This document shows, in pieces, positions 55,702-64,000 of a DNA stretch of 64,000 nt. The notes under the pieces were generated by a model. The model was not told where the DNA came from. It did not search any database and worked only from the letters and a program-made list of their open reading frames with translations. Positions within the stretch are counted from its first letter, which is position 1. Each line of letters begins with the position of its first letter. The stretch comes from Candidatus Thorarchaeota archaeon (GTDB taxonomy: Archaea > Asgardarchaeota > Thorarchaeia > Thorarchaeales > Thorarchaeaceae): the NCBI GenBank assembly GCA_019057475.1, contig DXJO01000041.1, forward strand, positions 7,284 through 71,283, read 5' to 3'. The position numbers and the translations under genes are program-made.

Positions 55702-56217
55702 TCAAATCTTGAATTCCCAAAGCTTGTCGCCGATATGGTGTATTGATTGAATTACCTTGCCTGAAGCTGCGCTACGGAGTTCTTCACTTGACATCTTGGA
55801 GACCCCAACTGCAAGAGGTTTTCCATGCCGCTCATCGACTATGGCGACGATTGATCCCGCCTTGATTCCATCCTCTATGTGAGTGATTCCGGGCCGCATG
55901 ATGTCTGCACCGTTGACGACAAACTTGACTGCTCCCATGTCGACTGTCACCTTCGGGATCCTCACAACTTCGCTGAGTAGTGCCCGGAGAGTTGGGAAGA
56001 GAACTCCATCGGTTTCAAAGAAGATAATCTCGCCTTCTACTAGGATGACCCGTGACCCGTCATCCAGCACGCCTTCTTCGAGCTTTGTCTTTTCATCCAG
56101 CCCTGTTATACTCGAACTCAGAATATCCTCTATCCGCTCCAGCTCCCTCCTCTGGTCGCGTTTCTTCATTGGATGGCGTCTTCTAATACGTTCTATCTTT
56201 GGCATTAACCATCCCAA
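55702..56217 (-). CDS. PUA-domain RNA-binding protein (COG2016-like)
   Basis: C-terminal 'GAVKFVVNGADIMRPGI...GSIVAIVDERHGKPLAVGVSKMSSEEL' is a canonical PUA beta-sandwich. Confidence 0.65.
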   Translation of the reverse strand: MGWLMPKIERIRRRHPMKKRDQRRELERIEDILSSSITGLDEKTKLEEGVLDDGSRVILVEGEIIFFETDGVLFPTLRALLSEVVRIPKVTVDMGAVKFVVNGADIMRPGITHIEDGIKAGSIVAIVDERHGKPLAVGVSKMSSEELRSAASGKVIQSIHHIGDKLWEFKI

Positions 56218-56392
56218 ATGACTATGTCCTTTTGAAACCTATGGCGCGAGAGTGGCTGGAAACGTGACCAGGTTGGCTGGTTTCATCGTCACGTTTTTAA
56301 GCCAAACCCAGCGACAAGACGAAAGCGTCGAGGGCCCGGAGGCTCCGACTATTGTTCTGTGTTGGTGAAGACTGGTGAACGCAGGTAGACCT

Positions 56393-56635
56393 ATGGAACT
56401 GCTCAAAGAATCAATTGGCGCTCAGGTGCTCGTTGAGATGAAGGGGCGTAAGAAGGTCAAGGGGAAATTGCTTGGTTATGACCAGCATCTGAACCTCATA
56501 CTTGAGAACGCCGAAGAGATAACCTTCGACCCAGAAACCAATACGGAATCTGTTGTGGCTATCGAGAATGTGATTGTGAGAGGAGACAACGTCGTAATCG
56601 TTAGTCCGGCACCCAAGTCAGGTAAGAAGGAGTAG
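56393..56635 (+). CDS. Sm-like archaeal protein (SmAP/LSm)
   Basis: Sm1 'VLVEMKGRKKVKGKLLGYDQHLNLIL' and Sm2 'VIVRGDNVVIV'. Start at ATG 56393; the track uses an upstream GTG. Confidence 0.85.
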   Translation: MELLKESIGAQVLVEMKGRKKVKGKLLGYDQHLNLILENAEEITFDPETNTESVVAIENVIVRGDNVVIVSPAPKSGKKE

Positions 56636-56641
56636 ACTGCT

Positions 56642-56830
56642 ATGGGAAAGGGCACTCCAGCCAAAGGCAAGAAGAATAATCCCCACCACATTCGCTGCAG
56701 AAGATGCGGCAGACGATCCTATCACGTCAGGCACAAGAAGTGCGCAGCCTGCGGCTATGGCGCCTCAGCCAGACTCCGGAAGTTCGCCTGGGCTCACAAG
56801 AACATTCAGGGCACTCGTATTCGGGGTTAA
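56642..56830 (+). CDS. rpl37e: Ribosomal protein L37e
   Basis: '[38 protein letters not shown]' is the C4 zinc finger of L37e. Conserved Sm-L37e gene pair. Confidence 0.9.
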   Translation: MGKGTPAKGKKNNPHHIRCRRCGRRSYHVRHKKCAACGYGASARLRKFAWAHKNIQGTRIRG

Positions 56831-56877
56831 AACCAGAGTCGGTAGGTCAGCGCCATCACATGCCATGTTTTCTTTTC

Positions 56878-57246
56878 CTACTCTATTTCGTCTATGAGGA
56901 AGTCACCGAGTGACACCACGCCTCTCGCGAAATAGGGGATAAAGACACGGAAACGCCGGCCCATAATGGCCAGGACTAGGACCTGTCCAGCTTCGTATCT
57001 CTGTTCACCGTAGAACTGACCGTCCTCATCTGTCAGGACAGTTTCACTTGTAAGCTCGTCGGTGGCGAATATTCGAACCTCGACTCCAGCGGCTGGGGTG
57101 TAGTTGGACCAGTACACGAAACCTTCGACATGGGCATTGTAGCCACTGTAGCCACCGATGAGCAGAGCTGGAGCCGGTGAATACTCGCTGTACATGACTG
57201 GAGCGTAGAACAATGGGCTCACTGTTATGACGATGGCCAGCAGCAT
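56878..57246 (-). CDS. Small secreted/membrane protein with carboxypeptidase-regulatory-like beta-sandwich; function unknown
   Basis: 'VEVRIFATDELTSETVLTDEDGQFY' resembles CarboxypepD_reg. Hydrophobic N-terminus. Confidence 0.3.
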   Translation of the reverse strand: MLLAIVITVSPLFYAPVMYSEYSPAPALLIGGYSGYNAHVEGFVYWSNYTPAAGVEVRIFATDELTSETVLTDEDGQFYGEQRYEAGQVLVLAIMGRRFRVFIPYFARGVVSLGDFLIDEIE

Positions 57247-57290
57247 CAGGAGGAATACAAGCCCGCGACTAGGCAGTCTAGCCCTCCTGA

Positions 57291-57578
57291 CTACTCGTTT
57301 TTTTGGAGGCTGGCATGGAGGGGGTAAAGGCGGTCGACCATCTTGTCGATTATGGCAGTAGATATGACAATGCCAATACCTATAGTAATAGTGCCGATAG
57401 TGGAAACGCTAACCCACTCGACACCAAGCCAGATGATGATGTCCGTGATAAGCGAGCCAATTCCCCACCAAATGATGATGAGGCCCGCCAGCATTACAAG
57501 TCGGAGGGCCAACTTCACACGCCAGTATTCCGGGGTGTATGTGACTTCTTCACCCATCGATGTTACCTCAGGAATCAC
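57291..57578 (-). CDS. Small 3-TM membrane protein, unknown
   Basis: 95 aa, strongly hydrophobic. No motif. Confidence 0.25.
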   Translation of the reverse strand: MIPEVTSMGEEVTYTPEYWRVKLALRLVMLAGLIIIWWGIGSLITDIIIWLGVEWVSVSTIGTITIGIGIVISTAIIDKMVDRLYPLHASLQKNE

Positions 57579-57747
57579 CTATGTTGTGCCGTGGTTTCTG
57601 ACGAAAAAAGCCCGTCGTGGTTGTTAGGGCGATGTAAGCATATAAGTATGAAGAGATACTCGGATTCGTACTAGAACTACTTCCGGCCATCCACTAGGAC
57701 AAGTGGGACAACTTGCAGGTGATTGACAAAATCACAAGTCACTCCAC

Positions 57748-57760
57748 AATTCTTTTAACC
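57748..57760 (+). promoter_or_regulatory. Candidate BRE/TATA element for the tRNA-Ala gene
   Basis: 'aattcttttaacc' lies ~30-40 nt upstream of the mature tRNA 5' end. Confidence 0.3.
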
Positions 57761-57790
57761 GTTCTCTTGGGATTTGCGAACTAACAACAT

Positions 57791-57898
57791 GGGCCGGTAG
57801 TTCAGCCTGGACGCGACTTCACTCGCGAAGCCGCGGGGACCTAGAATGCCTCCTTGGCATGGAGGAGGTCGTGAGTTCAAATCTCACCCGGTCCACCA
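57791..57898 (+). tRNA. tRNA-Ala (anticodon GGC) with a ~32-nt non-canonical intron in the D-loop region; CCA encoded
   Basis: Acceptor stem GGGCCGG/CCGGUCC gives a G3:U70 pair, the Ala identity element. Anticodon arm cctcc-TTGGCAT-ggagg. T-arm gtgag-TTCAAAT-ctcac. Discriminator A plus CCA. 108 nt in total, so ~32 nt (about 57812-57843) must be removed from the D-arm region. Confidence 0.6.
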
Positions 57899-57904
57899 TT
57901 TCTT

Positions 57905-60613
57905 CTATTCCAATGACCCCTCTTTCTGAAGTTGCCTTCTTACTCTCTCTACGTCATCAGGTCTTTCCGCTAGCCAACTCTTAACCTTGTCAGATTTCTT
58001 CGGGTCGTTGGGTGGAGCAAGTAATGCCCATCTAATTGCATCATCCTTGGACTTGGTCTTTGCCACCCATTTCAGTGAGATTCTACCAGTTCCTTCATAC
58101 AATGTAATATTCTCTGCATAGATATGTATCTCAATGCCCAATTGCTTTGCCAAAGTCGCTTCATCATCTAACAACTTGCTTCGTTTGGTTTCTACGATTG
58201 ATAATGCAGTTCGAGCAACTTCCGATTCGGATTGCTCCTCAATTCTTGAAATCGGTATGAAGATATGCCCTCTCACCTTATCCCTTCTTACATTTTCCAT
58301 ACCACTCAAAAAATCAATCTCTTTCTGCATGAATCCGGGTTCCAGTTTATATTTCACATCGTTACTTCCAGAATTGAGTACAATAGTCCGACTCCATCTG
58401 AAACCGGCATAGTGTCCGAATGATCCGTCCTCTGAAATCAAGTCTTCCAAATATGCTCTACTGGATTCGAGAGTTCCATTCCTCACAGATTCTACAAGCC
58501 GTTCATTTTGAATGGGCTTATCACCAACTGTAAATCCCCAGTAAATGAAAGCCTTGCCCACTGGTCGTGGGAGCAACATTTTGGAACATTCACTCGCTTC
58601 ATTTGGCACCTGGGTAAATGATATGTTTCCGAAGCATTGAAACTGCTTCTCTACTATTCTTATTCTATCAGCATTAGCCTCAGTGTATTGTAGCTGACCA
58701 TCTGCTCCAAGCCAACAATCGCTATTGACAACTGCACCTAACCGAGCTCGCAGAATCTCCAGTTCTTTTCCTCTGAGAAGTTTTGGATGAGGAATTCCAC
58801 CGCGCCCGTTCTTCCCTGTGACCTTCTCAATCCCATCCTCAAAATCCCGTGGCGAAGCTCCCAAAATGTTGCATTGTAGATGCAAGACCTCTCCCATTGC
58901 ACGTGATTGACCGCTCTTTATCCTAATCTGACTCGCGGAATCATCTGACACCATCTGCCGAATCAGTTTATTGAGATGTTGTAGTCTGGAGTAACTACCC
59001 TCATCTAGTTTGAGTCTATCTCCAACTCTTTCTACTATGCTCGCAAGGTCTTGGCTTTTGAAGTGGAAGTAATGGTCAGCCCATACATTGATGAGATCAT
59101 CGGATGTCTTGTTTGGAGTCCAGACGTAAATTCTGTTGTCCACCACACCCAACCGAATGTTTCGGTCAGATTCACTCAACCCTAGACGGTCCTGCAAAGC
59201 CGCTTCAACCTCTGTGTGGTTGGCTTCTAGAGCTTCTTTGAAGTGCGTCAATCTATCCTTGTTCAATCCCCCGGAGTTGAGTTCCAGATATGACACCTTG
59301 ACCTTGGTGTCGATTGACTCTCTATGCAGTTCCTCAGCAACATCAGTTAGTGTCTTGAGGGAATCTGATTCATTGTCACATCTCGATAGAGCTTCAAGTA
59401 GTTTGGTTAATCTAATTTCATGAACAGTTCTACTTGATAACCCCGGAAATTCTACATGTCCAATATCTCTCACAACCGCTCGCCTTTCTCTCTGTAGGTA
59501 GTCATTCAACCTTTCATGCGCCCATTCTTTCACGATACGGTCTTCTTCGAGCCTTCGAAGAGTAGCGACGGATTCCGGTTCCTTCCCCGACCTATAATCA
59601 CTGATCCGTTGTTGAATCACTTCATGAGTCTTAGCCAGCTGTTGCTGCGTCTTTGACTTGCTATCCTTGACATCCAAATAGACACCAGCTCGCCTATAGG
59701 ACTCCTGGGAATTTTTCCATCCTCGTAGATGCGGATATGTTTCCAGCAATCTGTCAATGTCGGTCATTGTTTCTATTCTGACTTCTGGGGAATGACCAAC
59801 ATCTCTTTCATATGCAAGATGCAACTCCTTCTTCTCAATGAATGATAGAAGCTTTGGAGTATGTCTTCGACTGCTTTCGTCTGATTCAAAATACTGTCTT
59901 ATCCTGCTATACTCCTTCTCGAAGTTCTCCCTATAGCGAAATTCTGGGTATCTCTTGAGCGCTCGGTCAAAATCGTCTATTGAACGAATTACCCTGACTT
60001 GTCCGACATCTTTCTCTCTCTTGGTCATCTTGGATTCAGGTCGTCCCGTTCTCAGCCTGTGATGTTGCTGTTCCTTTGAATCCTTCCGAGTTTCCGACGC
60101 CTTTTTGTCTTCCTTGGCGTCTGTACCTGAAGACCGAAACCGCTTTTCCTGTGCGGACTCAACGCTAGAGGCTGACTCTCGCTTGGTTTTCTTGGTCGGT
60201 TTGCTTTGCTCCTCTCGTTCTTGGGAATCCTTGGTTTTTTCTTCCGAGCTATCAGCACTCCTGCGAGCAACTGAGAATCTGAAGGCTTCAGCAATGGTTC
60301 TTAGCAAGTCCCTCCCCGAGTCCTTCACTTCGGAAGTAGAAAACCGGCTTGGACGTTTTCTATTTCCGTTGGGAAACATATGCTTCCACTCACGTTCAAC
60401 CCACTCATCGAACTTCTTCCTGTCGACCAAGCACGCATCTGACACGACAGGCTTGTGGTCTTTGGGAAGGTCACCGTGAAGGTGCTCCTTCTCTCTCTTC
60501 TTCAGTTTCTGTTTTCTTTGGAACTCCTGAGCAGCTTCTGTCAGTTTAGATGCTAGCTCCCTCCTAAGCCGCGCCTTGGTCTTTGATTCAATCCCTTTGA
60601 ATCGGGATCCCAC
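57905..60613 (-). CDS. 902-aa protein with a ~250-aa Lys/Glu/Arg/Ser-rich low-complexity N-terminal region and a globular ~400-aa C-terminal domain of unknown function; operon partner of the upstream HerA-like ATPase
   Basis: The ATG immediately follows the ATPase stop codon, so the two are translationally coupled. The N-terminus begins 'MGSRFKGIESKTKARLRRELASKLTEAAQEFQRKQKLKKREKEHLHGD' and the basic/acidic Ser-rich low-complexity run continues to about residue 250. The C-terminal domain has no family I can assign. Confidence 0.5.
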   Translation of the reverse strand: MGSRFKGIESKTKARLRRELASKLTEAAQEFQRKQKLKKREKEHLHGDLPKDHKPVVSDACLVDRKKFDEWVEREWKHMFPNGNRKRPSRFSTSEVKDSGRDLLRTIAEAFRFSVARRSADSSEEKTKDSQEREEQSKPTKKTKRESASSVESAQEKRFRSSGTDAKEDKKASETRKDSKEQQHHRLRTGRPESKMTKREKDVGQVRVIRSIDDFDRALKRYPEFRYRENFEKEYSRIRQYFESDESSRRHTPKLLSFIEKKELHLAYERDVGHSPEVRIETMTDIDRLLETYPHLRGWKNSQESYRRAGVYLDVKDSKSKTQQQLAKTHEVIQQRISDYRSGKEPESVATLRRLEEDRIVKEWAHERLNDYLQRERRAVVRDIGHVEFPGLSSRTVHEIRLTKLLEALSRCDNESDSLKTLTDVAEELHRESIDTKVKVSYLELNSGGLNKDRLTHFKEALEANHTEVEAALQDRLGLSESDRNIRLGVVDNRIYVWTPNKTSDDLINVWADHYFHFKSQDLASIVERVGDRLKLDEGSYSRLQHLNKLIRQMVSDDSASQIRIKSGQSRAMGEVLHLQCNILGASPRDFEDGIEKVTGKNGRGGIPHPKLLRGKELEILRARLGAVVNSDCWLGADGQLQYTEANADRIRIVEKQFQCFGNISFTQVPNEASECSKMLLPRPVGKAFIYWGFTVGDKPIQNERLVESVRNGTLESSRAYLEDLISEDGSFGHYAGFRWSRTIVLNSGSNDVKYKLEPGFMQKEIDFLSGMENVRRDKVRGHIFIPISRIEEQSESEVARTALSIVETKRSKLLDDEATLAKQLGIEIHIYAENITLYEGTGRISLKWVAKTKSKDDAIRWALLAPPNDPKKSDKVKSWLAERPDDVERVRRQLQKEGSLE

Positions 60614-63172
60614 TCAAACCCCTCCGCTCTCGGGCAGAGTCAAGCCCGATTGCAAGTTATCACCCACTAGCTTGGCCACCAAGTCACGGTCCGGCGGATT
60701 GGAGGGTGCTCCAAGGATCTCAACTGAACGTTTCAGGAGAACCCAAGCGAACTCAATCGGGCTCAGGTTGGGAACCTGAAGGCTGGCCGCGTAGAATGCA
60801 ATCACCTCTTCGACTCGGTGTGCTGTATCGTCCTGGCCCTTGACGCCTATTGATGCGAGGTACAGTCTGCGAAAATCATCATCCTGAACCACATCTTCAA
60901 CCAGAAGTGCTAGTTGGACTATGTCATCGCCGTTGGTTCTAGGCTCAAGTTGCGGCGCTCTTGGTGTTGCTGCAAAATCTGGATGTGTATCATAGAAGGG
61001 CTTCATTCTTCTTCTCACATCATCATCTGTCCAATTGTGTTTCATGTCCGGATGAAACTCAGGGTCATAGAACACCTTTACCTTGGTCGGAACATCGTCA
61101 GAAGGCAAACGTAGAACAATTTCCCCATTCTTCAGAACGCCTATGTGCCTTGCCTGCTCCGGCGTACAGCCTGTTTCCAGACCAAGCAAGTTCCAATCCT
61201 CTGGACTCGTTAAACGATGTACAATCTTCGTATTGCAGGTCTTGAGAGCATCACGCGATAGACGCGCGGGGTTCTGGTCAGCTATCACAAGCCCGAGTCC
61301 AGAACTTCTAGCTTCTGCAAGCAGGTTCAGCAGCTGGTCCAGAACTTGTCTTCTTGAAACTGCGCCCTCGCTCATGTCGGCAATTCTGGGCAGTTCCTCA
61401 AGGAAACTATGCGCCTCATCAATCACAAGCAGATTGCGGAGCTTTTTCGCCGGACCAAGCTTGTCAAAGAATTCGTAAACACGGATGATAAGAAGACTAA
61501 GCATAAGGGCCTTGAAGCTAGGGTCACCAATGTGCTTCAGCTCAATGATAGTTGGCTTTGAGAGCAGCTCATCGATTGGTAAGTTCCTTTCAGCGTTGAG
61601 AATTGCCGCACGCGATTGGTCACAGAGATCCTGAGCTCTTGCTACAATAGCGCCTTCGAAGTCTTTCTTGAGTTCCGCACCATATCTGAGATTTCGTGAG
61701 TAGGTTTCTGCTTCCTCTAAAAACATGTCCAGCGTGATGGGTTTTCCTGGACTGTTGTTGAGCAAATCCCATCCATTATGCTTGTACGTCCGATTTATCA
61801 CCTTGCGTAAATGATTGGCGAGAATACCGTAAAGTGGCCATGCAGCCAAGAAACATGAATAGAGCAAGTCAATGTGAAGTTGAACTGGCACATTCACGTC
61901 AATCAGGAACGGATTATGGCGGTAGGGAGCCACATCCTCCCGGCCCACCGTGAAGACGCGCATCTCAGGAATGGCACCCATGAGAATGCGTGCATCGGTT
62001 TTCACCGGCTCAATCAACAGACTAGGAATTCCGTTCCTCCATGCGTCGATGACAATCCTGTTCTTTGTAGTGCTCTTTCCTGACCCTGACATTCCTACGA
62101 TGGCCGTGTGGAGTCTAAGTTGCTCCATCTCAATGAGTTTCGTTCGTGACTTGTCAACAGTGTTGTGTCGGAATACATGACCGAGAGCGATACGACCAGT
62201 TTGGAATTCTAGGATCTCTGATGTCGATTGTGTTGCTTTGGCGCCAGATGTTGAAAATGATGCTGGGCTGCCTACTCTTGTCCCAACTTCGACACTGGGG
62301 ACCTCAACCAATGAAACCGCTTCTTCCGGCAGCAGTTCAGTTGTCATCCTCCTCCTTTCTAGCATGAGCGTCTTTCGAATCACGTTTCGGGCAATCTTAC
62401 CTGAGAGAAACCTAACCTTCATCCTGGCGTTTCTGTGGCTGGATGAGAGTGCTGCAAGCAATGCATTCACAGCAGTTCTCAGCTTCTCTTCCGAATCCGG
62501 TCGATCCCAGAATGCCAATGTGATTTGACATTTCAGAACGCGATTCGAGATTGACCTCCCATAGTTTCTCTCAAGATGTTTGAGGTTCATCTTGGCGTTT
62601 ACATCAGCTTGTGTCGCAGTTTCTTGACCCCCCAGCCAAGTCTGAGTCGTTTTTTGCCTTTGGAGGCCCTCCAAAGCAGACCTGTAGCGCTTCTTTGCAA
62701 GAATTCGCCTAGCCCTACTTGGCCTCGCAGGAACCATCCAGACTTGGTATAATGAATTACCTTCGAAGTTGACCATAATCTCTGTCATTGCCTGCAATGC
62801 TTGGACAGCCGGCTGGGGAACTCCGGTCAATAACGCAGCATTTGCTTGTCCAGCCACCAAAGGGCACCCAACTTCGGATAAGGACTGAACCACGAACTCA
62901 GGGAAGTGCGCTGCAAAGCTCTCCTTGATGACCTCCATATTCGACCTACTACCTCTTGTAACGTAGAGCAATCGAGCATTCCCTCCTGACCCTTGAATCC
63001 TGAATCCAGTTGGGACATCCGTGTGTGAAAGAGAACTTAGGAATCTCTCAAGCTTGACATGCGTCGGACTGGAAGCCTTTTTCTCAAGATGCTTCATGGC
63101 ATGCTCGAAGTAGGACCTAGGAATCTCAGTAATCTCGATTGCATACACTTGGTTCCTGTGGTTCTTTTCCAA
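60614..63172 (-). CDS. HerA/FtsK-superfamily (DUF87-like) P-loop ATPase with a ~340-aa N-terminal domain of unknown function
   Basis: Walker A 'IVGMSGSGKSTT', Walker B 'LLVIDEAHSFL', and 'VIADQNPARLSRDALKTCNTKIVHRL' (HerA/VirB4-type arginine-finger/sensor region). Confidence 0.7.
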   Translation of the reverse strand: MEKNHRNQVYAIEITEIPRSYFEHAMKHLEKKASSPTHVKLERFLSSLSHTDVPTGFRIQGSGGNARLLYVTRGSRSNMEVIKESFAAHFPEFVVQSLSEVGCPLVAGQANAALLTGVPQPAVQALQAMTEIMVNFEGNSLYQVWMVPARPSRARRILAKKRYRSALEGLQRQKTTQTWLGGQETATQADVNAKMNLKHLERNYGRSISNRVLKCQITLAFWDRPDSEEKLRTAVNALLAALSSSHRNARMKVRFLSGKIARNVIRKTLMLERRRMTTELLPEEAVSLVEVPSVEVGTRVGSPASFSTSGAKATQSTSEILEFQTGRIALGHVFRHNTVDKSRTKLIEMEQLRLHTAIVGMSGSGKSTTKNRIVIDAWRNGIPSLLIEPVKTDARILMGAIPEMRVFTVGREDVAPYRHNPFLIDVNVPVQLHIDLLYSCFLAAWPLYGILANHLRKVINRTYKHNGWDLLNNSPGKPITLDMFLEEAETYSRNLRYGAELKKDFEGAIVARAQDLCDQSRAAILNAERNLPIDELLSKPTIIELKHIGDPSFKALMLSLLIIRVYEFFDKLGPAKKLRNLLVIDEAHSFLEELPRIADMSEGAVSRRQVLDQLLNLLAEARSSGLGLVIADQNPARLSRDALKTCNTKIVHRLTSPEDWNLLGLETGCTPEQARHIGVLKNGEIVLRLPSDDVPTKVKVFYDPEFHPDMKHNWTDDDVRRRMKPFYDTHPDFAATPRAPQLEPRTNGDDIVQLALLVEDVVQDDDFRRLYLASIGVKGQDDTAHRVEEVIAFYAASLQVPNLSPIEFAWVLLKRSVEILGAPSNPPDRDLVAKLVGDNLQSGLTLPESGGV

Positions 63173-63421
63173 GATGGTCTACCGTAGGTTGGTCTGGAGC
63201 TGGCCTAAAGAACACCACAAAAGGTGACTTGAACGTGCAGGCACGAGAGATGTTCTGGCCTATCCGTGAGTAGTATCAATCCTGCTCATAAGCCCCTGAA
63301 AGGGACATCTACCAGTCTGAGTTATTTACGAGTCGAACCTGACGAGTTCCTCTAGTTCGCCCAGACCATCGAACTCGGAATGAGTTATATCAACCTACAA
63401 TAGAAATGGAAGGGAGTAAAA

Positions 63422-63997
63422 ATGGAAGATATCCAATGGGTAGTCAAGCATAGGGATGAGATAAACAACTGGTACTCCGACCTTGGCGTATTTGGGGATG
63501 ACGCACTCTATGAAGATGGAGATAGTAAAGCCTACTATGAAAGCTATGTTGTCAATTATGTAGCAGCGAATGCAGAGAAATTCACAGGAAAGCCGCCCAA
63601 TCATATCTGGCATGAGTTGGATGTGCACGATTTCAGATTGAAAGAAATTGAAACAGATCCTAATGTAAAACCCTGGTGGAAGGGTCGTGTTAAACCAGAT
63701 TTGTTATTGCAGTTTGACGATGCGATTTGGGTGATCGAGGTCAAATTCGGTTTCAAAAGCCCTAATCTCGAAGCAGTCCCGACGATGAAGGGTCCGAAGT
63801 CCTGCATCGATCAAGTCAGTATCTACGTAAAGAGGCTTGAAAATATGATGACTCTGGGATGGTTTCCAAACATGGAGATTCATCCGGTTGTAGTCTGGGC
63901 TTTTTGGGAAAAACGAGTACGCCCGTCCGAGATGTACATGGACGCAATCCGGTCAGAGTGGCCCTATTTGCGAGAAGACCCGTATCCGAAACCATAG
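63422..63997 (+). CDS. PD-(D/E)xK nuclease-fold protein, unknown family
   Basis: 'HELDVHDF...VKPDLLLQFDDAIWVIEVKFG' gives E ... PD-x14-EVK, the canonical restriction-endonuclease-like catalytic signature. Divergent from the ATPase operon. Confidence 0.5.
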   Translation: MEDIQWVVKHRDEINNWYSDLGVFGDDALYEDGDSKAYYESYVVNYVAANAEKFTGKPPNHIWHELDVHDFRLKEIETDPNVKPWWKGRVKPDLLLQFDDAIWVIEVKFGFKSPNLEAVPTMKGPKSCIDQVSIYVKRLENMMTLGWFPNMEIHPVVVWAFWEKRVRPSEMYMDAIRSEWPYLREDPYPKP

Positions 63998-64000
63998 AAG

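Noticed and set aside
63173-63421. Possible tRNA-like fragment or att repeat ('gagtcgaacctgac') in the divergent intergenic region between the ATPase and the nuclease gene
   Set aside because: Only a short partial resemblance to a T-arm; no acceptor stem or matching repeat of the tRNA-Ala 3' end could be found by eye. Needs a computational repeat search.

Overview
This 64 kb window looks like a chromosomal segment of an archaeon, probably an Asgard-type (Thor-/Loki-like) lineage; GC is roughly 48% by eye. The lineage call rests on archaeal information-processing genes, two profilin-like small proteins and heavily sequon-rich giant surface proteins.

The core (about 32–57 kb) is a conserved archaeal housekeeping block:
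- succinyl-CoA synthetase (sucCD)
- ribosomal proteins L40e and L38e with a tRNA-Val between them, plus L21e and L37e
- RNA polymerase subunit F (Rpo4)
- KsgA, TruD, Pus10, Pth2, an Sm protein and Alba
- proteasome beta subunit and a PAC2-like protein
- two beta-CASP RNases (aCPSF1/FttA-like and aCPSF2-like)
- a geranylgeranyl reductase and a SepF-like protein

The accessory content is more interesting:
1. A ~3.9 kb gene for a giant, sequon-rich surface protein (beta-helix array plus 5 tandem Ig-like repeats) flanked by a ~265 bp imperfect direct repeat. The repeat duplicates the 3' end of the neighbouring membrane-protein gene, so the surface gene looks like an inserted cassette.
2. A MoxR–DUF58–DUF4350–DUF4129 operon feeding into a 1939-aa transglutaminase-like surface protein.
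3. At the right end, directly downstream of an intron-containing tRNA-Ala, three uncharacterised genes: an 852-aa HerA/FtsK-like ATPase translationally coupled to a 902-aa highly charged protein, and a divergent PD-(D/E)xK nuclease-fold protein. This is my best candidate for an undescribed defence or mobile system.

The ORF track uses GTG/TTG as well as ATG starts, so I adjusted several starts. All calls come from reading the sequence and translations; no searches were run.
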